DNA of 64,000 nt from Bdellovibrionales bacterium (GTDB lineage Bacteria > Bdellovibrionota > Bdellovibrionia > Bdellovibrionales > CAYMLA01), in assembly GCA_965217115.1 (NCBI GenBank), contig OZ244239.1, positions 2,080,001 through 2,144,000 on the forward strand, written 5' to 3'. Made by a program: the position numbers and the translations under genes. Position 1 is the stretch's first letter. The number at the start of each line of letters is the position of its first letter. A model generated the notes under the pieces. That model was not told the origin of the DNA. It saw only the letters and a program-made list of their open reading frames with translations, and searched no databases. Of the stretch, positions 21,371-31,292 are shown one piece after another.

Positions 21371-22594
21371 TTGATCTTTATTTCAATGCTGGGTATGAGA
21401 GATATGGGGGTACTAGAGTTGATCTTGCCATTGATTGTCCTTTCTTATTTGAGTTTATTTATTTTTGGTTTCTTAGACAACATCAGGGGTCCCCTGTTTT
21501 CTGATATTCTAGAGTCTTTTAATCTGACTGACGGACAGGGGGGAGCCTTCTTTGCAATGGCTTCTCTAGGCTCTTTTGCAGGTGGATTATTAGCGAAAAG
21601 ATTGTTTTCATCTTTTAAGATCTGGCAAATTAATCAATGGGCTCTGCTCTGCATCCTTGTGGGAGCTTTTGGAACTGGATGGGAGAGAGATTACAGTGTT
21701 GTCCTCCTTTTTTCTTTTATTTTTGGAGTGGGGTTAGGTGTTCTGGGAGTGGCGGTGAACGTTATGGTTCAGAGGGGGAGTTCGGAGAAGAAGTTACGTC
21801 AAATGATGTCAGGCTTGCATAGTTGTTACGGGTTATCAGCCCTCTTAGCTCCGTTTGTTGTGGCCTATGGTTATGGCAAGGGGTTCACTTGGCAGGAAAT
21901 GATTATGGGAACTTCCCTATTGCCATTGTTAATTATTGTTGGAGTTCTTTTTAAGAGAAAATCAATGGACAGGGAAATCATAGAAGAGAGTCAGAAGGAA
22001 ACCCCGAAAGAAATTCCAAAAAAAATCCCGAAAAAAATCAATGGGAGGACGGCTATAGATTCGAAGATGGGGGTCTTTGTCTTGGCCAACGCTCTCTATG
22101 TCTCCAGTGAATTAGCTATTTCCACACGTCTGGCTCTCTATATGCGTCGTTATGGGGAGACCCCTGAAGTTGCATCCTATTATCTGTCGCTATTTTTTCT
22201 GGGACTTTTCATTTCTCGTTTGGTCCTTATCAAGTCAATAGCCCTCTCCCATCGTGTGATTATTTTAGGGGCATCGTTAAGTTCAATTGTCTCTTGGCTG
22301 TTGGGTCTTTGGGTGCATCCACTTTTTTTCTGTATACTGGGAATAACGATGGGACCTATCTTCCCTGTGTCAATGGCCTATGCGAGGGATGTATTTGCCA
22401 ACAAGGCGAGCCATGTGGTGGCCTACTCAATCTCGGCTATGTCGTTGGCAATCATGGTGATGCATAGTTTGATTGGTTGGTTAACAGATCTTTTTAATCT
22501 GCGATGGGCGTTACATCTAGCTGTATTAGTTTTACTGGTGCATTTTGTATTGATGAAAATATTATCCCGCAGAGTGGAGGGAGAAGGATATTGA
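21371..22594 (+). CDS. MFS transporter
   Basis: About 12 hydrophobic helices with a central hydrophilic loop; DNIRGP motif. Confidence 0.85.
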   Translation: MIFISMLGMRDMGVLELILPLIVLSYLSLFIFGFLDNIRGPLFSDILESFNLTDGQGGAFFAMASLGSFAGGLLAKRLFSSFKIWQINQWALLCILVGAFGTGWERDYSVVLLFSFIFGVGLGVLGVAVNVMVQRGSSEKKLRQMMSGLHSCYGLSALLAPFVVAYGYGKGFTWQEMIMGTSLLPLLIIVGVLFKRKSMDREIIEESQKETPKEIPKKIPKKINGRTAIDSKMGVFVLANALYVSSELAISTRLALYMRRYGETPEVASYYLSLFFLGLFISRLVLIKSIALSHRVIILGASLSSIVSWLLGLWVHPLFFCILGITMGPIFPVSMAYARDVFANKASHVVAYSISAMSLAIMVMHSLIGWLTDLFNLRWALHLAVLVLLVHFVLMKILSRRVEGEGY

Positions 22595-23841
22595 AAGAGT
22601 CCTATCAATTCTATTTGGTTATCCCGGTCGGTCTTGAAAAAATAGCTTTAGAGGAGCTGAGTTACTGGTGGCCTCTCTTGCAAAAAAATACGGCAATGGA
22701 CTCTCTACCACCGGTGGAGAGAACAAAGGGAGGTCTTGAGTTCACTTGTGCCATGAACTTAGGGCTACAGCTGAATTATTTATTAAAAATCCCTTCGCGT
22801 ATTTTGCTCCGTTTACAGGTTTTCCCCTGCACATCGTTTAAGGAGTTTTCAAAGAAGATCTCCCAGATTTCTTGGAGTGAGTTTTGGTCAGAGCCTCTAG
22901 ATATTAAACTACACACGAGTTCCCACGGTTCAGCTCTCTACACAGCTAAGCGCATTGAAGGGAGTTTTCGCGATGGTTGGAAGGAGTTTTGGAAAGGAGA
23001 AACAGGGGGGGGAGCTGAAGGGAAACCAATCTCAAACAGTTCTCAAAGTATCTTTGTAAGATTGGTAGATGATGTGGCAACAGTGAGCCTAGATACATCG
23101 GGGGAGCATCTTCACCGCAGAGGTCAGAGGTCCCACATTGGGCAAGCGCCATTGCGCGAGAACTTAGCCGCAGCCCTATTGTGGTTAATGATTGGGAAGA
23201 ATGGATTTAATAATTTAGGAGAGACCATTTTAGCTGATCCCATGTCAGGCTCAGGTATTTTCATGTTGGAAGCCTATCAGTTATTGAAGGTAAAGAAGGA
23301 ACGTGATTACAGTTTTCAGAATTGGAAGAAGGGGCAGAGAGATGGAGTGGCGAGATCCCATTGGCAGCAAGAGACCTTTGGGGGTTATGAGTTGTGGGAT
23401 ATAGATAAGAAGATGTTACAGGCCATCGATTCAAATCAGGAGGGCATACCTGAAGAGATGTTTGAAGTGCGACACAGTGACATCATTGACTTGCAAGGGG
23501 TGAGTTCTAAAGAGATGAGTGGTAGAGAGATGGGTGGTGAAGAAATGAGTGGTAAAGACAGAGGAGCGAACCCTCTATGGGTGATCGTCAACCCCCCCTA
23601 CGGAGAGCGTTTAAAAGTCGAAGGCTCTTTAGTGGATTATTACAGTCGTCTCTGTATGAATATTCAGAGAGTGTGGCAACCCAGTGTTGTGGGACTCATC
23701 ATCCCTCGCAAGGTGGGTATAAAGAAGATAAAAACATCTCCACACTGGGAGTCACAGAAATCCTGGTTTTTCCAAAACGGGGGAATCCCCGTTGGCTTTC
23801 ATCTATTCTCAGTTAAACGGGAATTTCAAAGGCCTACTTAA
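22591..23841 (+). CDS. THUMP-domain rRNA m2G methyltransferase (RlmL-like); start reassigned to TTG overlapping the MFS stop
   Basis: SLDTSGEHLHRRG, APLRENLAAA, DPMSGSG, NPPYGERL. Confidence 0.85.
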   Translation: MKESYQFYLVIPVGLEKIALEELSYWWPLLQKNTAMDSLPPVERTKGGLEFTCAMNLGLQLNYLLKIPSRILLRLQVFPCTSFKEFSKKISQISWSEFWSEPLDIKLHTSSHGSALYTAKRIEGSFRDGWKEFWKGETGGGAEGKPISNSSQSIFVRLVDDVATVSLDTSGEHLHRRGQRSHIGQAPLRENLAAALLWLMIGKNGFNNLGETILADPMSGSGIFMLEAYQLLKVKKERDYSFQNWKKGQRDGVARSHWQQETFGGYELWDIDKKMLQAIDSNQEGIPEEMFEVRHSDIIDLQGVSSKEMSGREMGGEEMSGKDRGANPLWVIVNPPYGERLKVEGSLVDYYSRLCMNIQRVWQPSVVGLIIPRKVGIKKIKTSPHWESQKSWFFQNGGIPVGFHLFSVKREFQRPT

Positions 23842-23871
23842 AGGGGGAATCATTGACTCAAAATCAAGTCA

Positions 23872-24693
23872 TTACTTTTGAGTGTCAAAACAATAGCTCT
23901 CCGATGTGTGATAGAACCTATCCTCTGACCAGTTGTCTTTATTGTTTTTAAATGGATGGAGATTTATCAGAATCCTTGAGCGTTCGTTTCCACTGGGGTC
24001 CAGTAGAGAAGAGTAGGTGTTAGGGTTTGAGTAGAATGCAGGAATAAGAGCATCGGTCTCATGGAGCAAGGTATCGATATCACCGTTGGCATCGTTATCA
24101 TCGTTATTGTAACCAGCGATCTTGATGGCATGATCGTAACGTCCTATTCCAGAGACGACAAAATGAATCTGCTCAAACCATTCCTGGGGAGAGCTTCCAC
24201 TAACCTTGGCAAATGGATTCCCATCATTATGCTCGTTGATGATGTTTTGCAAAACAGTGTAGGAGAGGGTGTCATAATAACCTGAGATAGGAATTGATTG
24301 CCCGTACCCTTTAAGCTCTAGGCGAAATTCTAACGGTGTTTCAGAGATGTCCGTGCTTTGATGATCCAGTGCTTCCCATTTAAAGAGGCGAATATAGTAA
24401 TTCGCAGTGCTGGAGAAGTTGCTTGTATTGATGGAGTTCATCTTTAAATAGACAAACTCAAAGCTAGCGTTGCCACCGCTATCATGGAGAACCTTCATGT
24501 CGGCATCAATAAATGAGCTATCAAATGAATTGCACTGAGCCACTTTTCCAGAAGAGTCATCGGTTCCGATACGACTGGCCTGGTTCGAAGAACCATCTCC
24601 TATCTTCTGACTGCCGCAACCTATGGAGAATAACCCTATAATGATGGTGCTGCATAAGAAAAGACACTTAGATACTTTTGTTGAATGTTTCAT
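23872..24693 (-). CDS. hypothetical lipoprotein (start reassigned to ATG 24693)
   Basis: Strong RBS GGGAGG before MKHSTK; lipobox SIGC; sigma54 site directly upstream. Confidence 0.7.
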   Translation of the reverse strand: MKHSTKVSKCLFLCSTIIIGLFSIGCGSQKIGDGSSNQASRIGTDDSSGKVAQCNSFDSSFIDADMKVLHDSGGNASFEFVYLKMNSINTSNFSSTANYYIRLFKWEALDHQSTDISETPLEFRLELKGYGQSIPISGYYDTLSYTVLQNIINEHNDGNPFAKVSGSSPQEWFEQIHFVVSGIGRYDHAIKIAGYNNDDNDANGDIDTLLHETDALIPAFYSNPNTYSSLLDPSGNERSRILINLHPFKNNKDNWSEDRFYHTSESYCFDTQK

Positions 24694-24721
24694 TTTTCCT
24701 CCCGTTCTTAATTGTATATAC

Positions 24722-24737
24722 AGCAAGGATGATGCCA
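24722..24737 (-). promoter_or_regulatory. sigma54 -24/-12 promoter
   Basis: Reverse complement TGGCAT-CATCC-TTGCT, about 30 bp upstream of ATG 24693. Confidence 0.7.
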
Positions 24738-24826
24738 GTATCATATTGGGGCACAGAGAAAATAACAGCAATATTATATACTTAGGCGGCTCCATCCAGT
24801 CTTAAATTGAGACGGTGTGACTTGAT

Positions 24827-25768
24827 ATGGGGCCGTGCAAGTTGCAGAATCGTCTGTGGGTTGTCTACACTGAAATGAGCGTTAAAAAAAAGCGGGTAAA
24901 TATGCGAAATATTTTAAGTAATTACAAAACTGTCGTTTTGTTAGTCACGAGTCTGGGTTTTATGTGCTCCTGTGCAACGATTTCTCAGTTAAAAGACGGG
25001 CAAGTGCTCCATGGATTGGAGGAGAGCCTCTTAAAAGTCCCCCTGTTCTTGCATTTGAAATCAGTGAGAGGCGAAGTGGACAGGGTGTTTATTTATACGG
25101 AGGCTATTAATCAACATCACATAAACGGGCGTTCGCCAGTGTTAAAGAAAAACATCACGTCTTTTCTTGTGGAGATTGAGAACTTAGGTGTTGATACAGA
25201 GAACCACCTAAATCAGCGTGTGCATGTTTTAAACAAAGAGGGAGAGTCGGATTTACATGATTACGCATACCCTCGATTAGGAGAGGTGTTTAACTATCAG
25301 TACAAGAGAAATGGCGAGGTTCTACAGGTAGAGAATTTTCCAAGGGATTCTCTTTTTTATGTGCCAGCGATCTCTCTACCTAAAGGGAAAAAAGGAAAGG
25401 GAGACACATGGGCATTGCAGAGATCATGGTGGGACTCTAAAAACAACGTGCAGCTAAATTTAGACATGGTAACGATTTTGGAGAGTTTCTTAGAATGTGG
25501 TGAAGGTCATATCTGTGCATTGTTGTCTATTGATGGGAAAGTCACGATCCCCTCGATGGTTAATAGTATTGAATCAGGTTTTTTAGGGCGTTTATCAGGA
25601 GAGATTCTTTTTTCCGTTGAGAAGGGAGTCGTGCTTGTATCAAACATAAAATCAGAAGAAGCCCTGCAAATCGGAGATGAGACAATAGAAACCCATTCCT
25701 GTTTAAAGAGCGTGCTCATCTCTTCAAAAGTAGCAAGGGGCTTTAAAAAAAGTAAGTCTTGTGAATAG
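24827..25768 (+). CDS. hypothetical protein, probable lipoprotein (likely start near 24902)
   Basis: Long ORF; hydrophobic stretch ending in MCSC lipobox-like motif. Confidence 0.6.
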   Translation: MGPCKLQNRLWVVYTEMSVKKKRVNMRNILSNYKTVVLLVTSLGFMCSCATISQLKDGQVLHGLEESLLKVPLFLHLKSVRGEVDRVFIYTEAINQHHINGRSPVLKKNITSFLVEIENLGVDTENHLNQRVHVLNKEGESDLHDYAYPRLGEVFNYQYKRNGEVLQVENFPRDSLFYVPAISLPKGKKGKGDTWALQRSWWDSKNNVQLNLDMVTILESFLECGEGHICALLSIDGKVTIPSMVNSIESGFLGRLSGEILFSVEKGVVLVSNIKSEEALQIGDETIETHSCLKSVLISSKVARGFKKSKSCE

Positions 25769-25774
25769 TTAAAA

Positions 25775-26134
25775 GGTTCTTTATGACAAACATATGACAA
25801 ACAATGGTGGAGCCAGTTTTTTTTCTGATGAGCCGTTTTTTTTCTAGAGTCTCTCCCAAAAGAATCCAGCCCTTTTCTTGCTCAAACATCCGTTTGTCAC
25901 CTTCCATTGCAGAGAAATGCAATGGAAGTCGCCAAGCCAAACTCGCCGAAAAGAACTGGATTCTTTTGGGAGAGACTCTAGAAAAAAAGAACGTATTCAA
26001 TCAATTGAGTCAATGGATCTCTTTCTATGACTGACCTCCATGTATAACAACGCTGTTATCCATGGATAGTTTTAGAAAGAGAGCCCTCAAGATGGATCTC
26101 TTGGGAACATTTCTACTATTTATCACAAAGAACC
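25775..26134. mobile_element. MITE (non-autonomous, ISL3-like ends), copy 1
   Basis: Imperfect TIRs GGTTCTTTATGACAAACA / reverse complement GGTTCTTTGTGATAAATA; 8-bp direct repeat AGTTAAAA at 25767-25774 and 26135-26142; near-identical second copy at 39356-39699. Confidence 0.85.
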
Positions 26135-26151
26135 AGTTAAAACCATGCCCT

Positions 26152-26847
26152 TTATGAAACTTGTGATCTCAACCAATGGCCTAGCTTGGTTTGTTCGGAG
26201 AGAAGCTTATTGGGTATGGATTCAAACTTAGTGAGATAATGGGAGAGCTTCCTCAGGTCCTCTTCTGTGTTGACCTTGAAGTCTTGGGACAGAGTGTGGA
26301 CCTCCCCGCGTTTTTTTAAAACATCGTGGAATTCATTAAAAGCCTTATCAGATGTGTGAGAAACAGATTTCCATTCTTGGAATGAGAGGTTGGCCTGACT
26401 GCCGTAAAGGTAGTAGCCGCCCCCATGACAAGGGCCAAGAACAAATTGATTTTGCAATGTCTTTTCAATGGCAAGCTCTATACAAGAAGGTTCTATGTGA
26501 GGCTGATGGGGGGTCATAAAAAGAACAGCATCGTGCATTTCGAGTAAAGAGTCTTCTATGGATGCCAAGCACTCCCCAATGTCAAGACCACTTGTTGGTT
26601 GTAGAATTTTATTAAAATTTTGCCAAAGCCCGTTCTGTAGGCCAGCCTCTTCAGCAATAGCCCAGTAGGGGGTGAGTTTAAAATCCTGTACTTGGGATGA
26701 AATTTTGAGGATAACTTCCTCAATGGCTTTTATAGATTGAATGTAAAACTCATTAATGGCCTCTGGGCCTAAGCTTCGTATTAAATCTAATTTTATAGGT
26801 GATAGACCAGGTGTTTTAACAAAAATAGCGAGGGCGATGTTTTTCAT
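26152..26847 (-). CDS. DUF2064/TIGR04282-like nucleotidyl/glycosyltransferase
   Basis: AIFVKTPGLSPIK, VLGPCHGGGYYL, VNTEEDL. Confidence 0.7.
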   Translation of the reverse strand: MKNIALAIFVKTPGLSPIKLDLIRSLGPEAINEFYIQSIKAIEEVILKISSQVQDFKLTPYWAIAEEAGLQNGLWQNFNKILQPTSGLDIGECLASIEDSLLEMHDAVLFMTPHQPHIEPSCIELAIEKTLQNQFVLGPCHGGGYYLYGSQANLSFQEWKSVSHTSDKAFNEFHDVLKKRGEVHTLSQDFKVNTEEDLRKLSHYLTKFESIPNKLLSEQTKLGHWLRSQVS

Positions 26848-26881
26848 AGTGTCTGTCCTTTTATTGGTTTTGGAGATCTCT

Positions 26882-29239
26882 TTAGTGAAGCTCTGCCCAT
26901 GTCACTCCTGAAGAAGTGTCTTTTGAATCAGTTTCTGTCTTCTTAGCAGATGAAGACCATTTTTGTACATAGAGACTTCGTGATAAATAGGAGCGGATCG
27001 CTTTCTTTAAAGAATCAGTGCCATGGCCGTGTATGATTTTAACACGGTCTTCCTGTTGCAGGGTTGCTTTGTCTAATTGTATCTCTAGAGTTTCCAGGGC
27101 CCCATCAACTGTGAGTCCTCTCAGGTCTACAGTGCGAAATCCTCCGGACGTATCATACTGATGTCCACGGAGAGTTTTTGCCGTGGGGTTCTGTGTTGAT
27201 TTTGGAGGTAATAACTCATGCCATGGCAGTATAAGACGTAGAGAGTTGGCCAGAACAGGGACTAAGCCTTTTTGATTGGGCGTTCCCTGAACAATCCCAT
27301 TTTGTTTGAGATGGGAAACAAAGACATTAGACCCAGGGGGAAATTTATCTGCAAAAGCTTCGGGAGAGTCTACGACATTAGATGAAGAATCTCTGTTGTT
27401 ACCTGCGGAGCGGATAATCTGAGGGAATTCTTTTTTTATTTGTGAGAGGGTTTCGTGTTTACGGAAAATTTGTTCAACTTTTGTATTGCTTATCATATGG
27501 TCAAGTGTTCTCTCTGCCTTCTTGACAGATTTTTCTAGGTGTTGTTGTTTTTCCTTTTCAAACCCGTGTAATAAACTCTCGTAGTGACTTTTTAGTTTAT
27601 TAACTTCCTTTCGTTCTTGGTTGAGAGAGTTTCTCATAGCCAGAATATCTCTTCTGAGGGTTTCTATATCCTCCATGCTCTCTAAATGTTTTTGAGATTC
27701 TGGAGACAAGAAGTCAATGGCCTGTTTGATGATGGCTGTATTTATGCCGATTCTCTTTGCTGTCTGTATGGCTAAGGATTCACCTGCAATGCCTGGAAGA
27801 AATTGATAGGTAGGAATATCTTTTGCCTTGTCGTATTCCAAGCTGCCGTTGATAACTTTTGAGGATTCTGACCAGCCGACTTTAAGTGGGCCTAAATGAC
27901 TTGTGATAACACCGTAGACTTTGTTGTCAGCGTAGGCATTGATAAAACTTCGAGCGATGGCACTGCCTTCCTCGGGATCTGTTGAGCCACAGATTTCATC
28001 GATAAGAACCAATGATCGGGGTCCTTTGTATTTTAGATTTTCATTTAATATTTTTAAATGGGCGGCGAATGTGCTCAAATGCTCATCCACACTCTGGGCA
28101 TCTCCAACGGCAACGGTGATGTGTTCAAAGAAAGGAACGAGGGAATCCTTTTCGGCACAGATGGGTAGACCACATCGTGCCATGTGTGCAGTTAAACCGA
28201 TGGCTTTGAGAAGAATTGTCTTTCCCCCTGCATTGGGTCCAGAGAGGAGTAATATTTGTTTCTCCCTGTCGAGAGACACATCATTGGCAACAATGGATGT
28301 TGAATGGTTGGATAGGTTTTGTGTCTCAAAAACAAGCAGAGGGTGACGAACTGAATTAAGCTCTAATTTATCTTCAGAAAAACGACAGGGGTTTGCCCCA
28401 ATGAGTTGTGTGAAACGGGCAAGGGAGAGAATGATATCGACCTCTACCATAAGCCCATAGGATTGTTGAAACTGTTCAAGCAGGGATCTGAGATAAAGGC
28501 TGAGTTTTCTAAGGAGTCGCTCTATTTCATCTTCAATATCGATTTCAATCTGTCGAATGCGATTGTTGATGGGGATAATTTGTTGGGGTTCCATAAAGAC
28601 AGTTTGTTTCGAATTACTAGATGCGTGAATGACGCCTTCTATCTCGTGTTGCATTCCTCCTTTGATAGGCAGAACCCAGCGACCCTCTCGGGTTGTTACG
28701 TACTTATCTTGTAGAATAGGTTCCATGCCGTGATCTTTTGTCAGGTGATCCAAGGTTTTACTGATCTCGCGCGCGAGGGACCTTTTCTCTTTAATGAGTT
28801 GGCTGAGTTTCTCACTGGCGTCAGTGCGAATCTCTCCAGAGGGTGTCATGATGGAGTCAATTTTTTCTAAAGGGGCAGAGGCATCTAGGAGTTCTTCCTG
28901 TAAGAACTCAATCCACTCTCTGGAGCTGTTTTCGATGAACTCTTTGAGTGTTAGAGCTTCTTGGCAAAACCAGCGCACATCTTTTATTTCGAGAATCTTG
29001 AGGACGGCCTCTTTTTTGAGTCGAGAGGCCCAGGGGTTAAAAAAATCTAAGCTCTCCATAAAAGGCCTAGGCCCTTGGTGTAGGAGAGAGCAAGCATCGT
29101 CAATTTTTTGAAAACTCCGACAGGCCTCTCGACTTGATGGAAGGGGAGCAAGGAGGGAAATTTTTTCTTTTGCAACATCGCTCGTGGCAAGAGGTTGAAT
29201 TTTTCTAATGACGTCAGTCCAATCAATATGACTTAGCAT
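26882..29239 (-). CDS. mutS2: endonuclease MutS2
   Basis: LSGPNAGGKT, STFAAHL, LIDEICGSTDPEEG; C-terminal Smr domain (DLRG..., IIHGHGT). Confidence 0.96.
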   Translation of the reverse strand: MLSHIDWTDVIRKIQPLATSDVAKEKISLLAPLPSSREACRSFQKIDDACSLLHQGPRPFMESLDFFNPWASRLKKEAVLKILEIKDVRWFCQEALTLKEFIENSSREWIEFLQEELLDASAPLEKIDSIMTPSGEIRTDASEKLSQLIKEKRSLAREISKTLDHLTKDHGMEPILQDKYVTTREGRWVLPIKGGMQHEIEGVIHASSNSKQTVFMEPQQIIPINNRIRQIEIDIEDEIERLLRKLSLYLRSLLEQFQQSYGLMVEVDIILSLARFTQLIGANPCRFSEDKLELNSVRHPLLVFETQNLSNHSTSIVANDVSLDREKQILLLSGPNAGGKTILLKAIGLTAHMARCGLPICAEKDSLVPFFEHITVAVGDAQSVDEHLSTFAAHLKILNENLKYKGPRSLVLIDEICGSTDPEEGSAIARSFINAYADNKVYGVITSHLGPLKVGWSESSKVINGSLEYDKAKDIPTYQFLPGIAGESLAIQTAKRIGINTAIIKQAIDFLSPESQKHLESMEDIETLRRDILAMRNSLNQERKEVNKLKSHYESLLHGFEKEKQQHLEKSVKKAERTLDHMISNTKVEQIFRKHETLSQIKKEFPQIIRSAGNNRDSSSNVVDSPEAFADKFPPGSNVFVSHLKQNGIVQGTPNQKGLVPVLANSLRLILPWHELLPPKSTQNPTAKTLRGHQYDTSGGFRTVDLRGLTVDGALETLEIQLDKATLQQEDRVKIIHGHGTDSLKKAIRSYLSRSLYVQKWSSSAKKTETDSKDTSSGVTWAELH

Positions 29240-30867
29240 GATGGGTCTCTGTATTTTTTTAAGGCTAGAAATGCGAGGAGAGAAAACAACAGAACCCAGG
29301 GGAGTCGATAACCATATTTTTGGTAAAAAGTAATGGGAGCGGGTGTAATATAGGGGATTTCAAAAAATCCCATCCACTCTTCTCCGATGGGGGAAGATTG
29401 GAGAATGGTTCCATCGGCGAGTATTGCGCCCGAAATTCCAGTGTTGGTATTACGAATAAGGGGACGACGGAACTCTATAGCCCGAGCCATAGTCATGTAA
29501 CTGTTCTGATAGGGTTCAAAAGTTTGACCAAGCCAAGAGTCATTGGCGTGGTTGATAAAAATCTCAGCCCCCTTGTCGGCAAATTTTTTCATGTATAACG
29601 GGAAGAGGCTTTCATAACAAATACTGGGTCCTATTTTGATGTTATCACTGGTCACAAATGTTTTTGCACCAATGCCTTTGCCAAATGGAGATGAGAATGG
29701 AAGTAAATAATAAAGGAAAGGAAAAATATCTCCAAAAGGGGCGTACTCTCCCCAAGGCAAGAGGATGTGTTTGCGATAGGGGGTCGAAATCAATTCACCA
29801 TTCTTATCTAGGTAGAAGAGTCCATTGGATGTTTTTTTCTCTCCTTCTTCATTGGGGAGCAAATCTTTAGAATAGGCTCCAGTGAGTAGGGGGATTTGTA
29901 TTTGTTTTACGAAGAGTTTCAACTGTGAGGGAAGCCTGCGCAGGTGGCGGTGCTTATCAAAGGACACTGGGAATGCTGTTTCAGGCCATAGGATCAACTG
30001 AGTCTCAGGATGTTTATCGATCCCCTCCCTGGTCATCGTCATAAATTTATTAACAATGTATGAGCGAAACTCCTCTCCTTCTTGGGCATAGACCTTCATG
30101 AGATTACCAATGTTCGCTTGGACCTGTAGAATATTTAATTGGGTTTTTTGAGATTGATTTTTCCGTGACCAAGTCAGTTGTTTTTGATAACCCCAAAATT
30201 GGAAGGTCAGAAATAATAGAGATGCTGTGGCGATGGCAGTGATCATGTGTCGACGTGCCTTTGGTTTTTTCTCTAAGGGTGTTCTGCTCTGCCAATAGGC
30301 GTAGGCGATCAATGCATTGATGATATAAGTGACAAGGCTTAATCCTTGGAAGCCTATGGTGTCGGCCATCTGTGCTCCAGGCCATTGCGCCCAGAGCCAG
30401 GAGTATCCCAAGTTCCATGGAAAGATGGAAGGCCAAAAAGTTTCCATGAGAAAATGAATACAGGCGAGACTCAGAAGAGAGGCGAGGGGTCCTAAGTTAA
30501 AATATTTTTTAACTCGCCACCAAATGACAGCAGAGAGGGGGATATAAAGATGTATGAACATGGCAAATAAGATAAGGACAGGGATTGCAAGTATCCATGG
30601 CAGATATCCAAACTCGTGGGCGGTGCCGGCCACCCAATGAAAACCTATCAGAGTGAATAGAAACTGGGCGAACCAACTCGTGAGAAAAACTTGCTTGATT
30701 GTTAGAGTACAGGGTTTGTCCTCTGAACATTTAAAAAGAAAAAACCATAGAAACGAAAACCCAAAAAAGATAGCCCAAGGTGGGAATGGGATATAGCTGG
30801 TACCAATGAGAAGCCCAGTTAATAGAGGGGCTTGATATTTTTTTAAATGGGACAGACAATCTTTCAT
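29233..30867 (-). CDS. lnt: apolipoprotein N-acyltransferase
   Basis: N-terminal TM helices; QANI, WPETA, K..LLPWGEY, ICYES, NTGISG. Confidence 0.93.
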   Translation of the reverse strand: MKDCLSHLKKYQAPLLTGLLIGTSYIPFPPWAIFFGFSFLWFFLFKCSEDKPCTLTIKQVFLTSWFAQFLFTLIGFHWVAGTAHEFGYLPWILAIPVLILFAMFIHLYIPLSAVIWWRVKKYFNLGPLASLLSLACIHFLMETFWPSIFPWNLGYSWLWAQWPGAQMADTIGFQGLSLVTYIINALIAYAYWQSRTPLEKKPKARRHMITAIATASLLFLTFQFWGYQKQLTWSRKNQSQKTQLNILQVQANIGNLMKVYAQEGEEFRSYIVNKFMTMTREGIDKHPETQLILWPETAFPVSFDKHRHLRRLPSQLKLFVKQIQIPLLTGAYSKDLLPNEEGEKKTSNGLFYLDKNGELISTPYRKHILLPWGEYAPFGDIFPFLYYLLPFSSPFGKGIGAKTFVTSDNIKIGPSICYESLFPLYMKKFADKGAEIFINHANDSWLGQTFEPYQNSYMTMARAIEFRRPLIRNTNTGISGAILADGTILQSSPIGEEWMGFFEIPYITPAPITFYQKYGYRLPWVLLFSLLAFLALKKYRDPSC

Positions 30868-31292
30868 AGGGGGATTTAAGCATAGAATTTTTGGAGGGCC
30901 AACTTGGATTTTCTAGACATGGAATGGCCTCTACAGGGCTGGCGACGGAATTAATAACTAAAACTTTAAAGTGCAACGATCTGTCATTTGAGAACTCACA
31001 GGAGCGGTCTGGCGCGTTTTTATGGGCAGAAGACGGTGGGAGTGGGTTTGCCAAGGCCCCCCCTTAAAGGCAGAATTGCTGAAAAATTAAGCACAAAAAA
31101 TAAGCTGAAAAAGAGGTGAAAGCCTCTAAATCCTCCCCTCTAGAGGAACCCCGTGGAGGGAAGTTCAATAAATCAGCCCCTGTTCTTGAGGGTGTGTTTT
31201 TCGACGAGTTTTGTGATGACTGGAGATTGGAGTGTCGGTTGGAGTGTCGAGACTGTTGAGGCTCGTCATTTTGTGGGCGCATAGGATCGGCA

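Noticed and set aside
25743..26034. Two short opposing ORFs with similar peptides (FFSRVSPKRIQ)
   Set aside because: Artefact of the MITE's 33-bp inverted repeat.
30868..31292. Short ORFs between the subtilase and lnt
   Set aside because: Low-complexity, no motifs; coding status cannot be determined.
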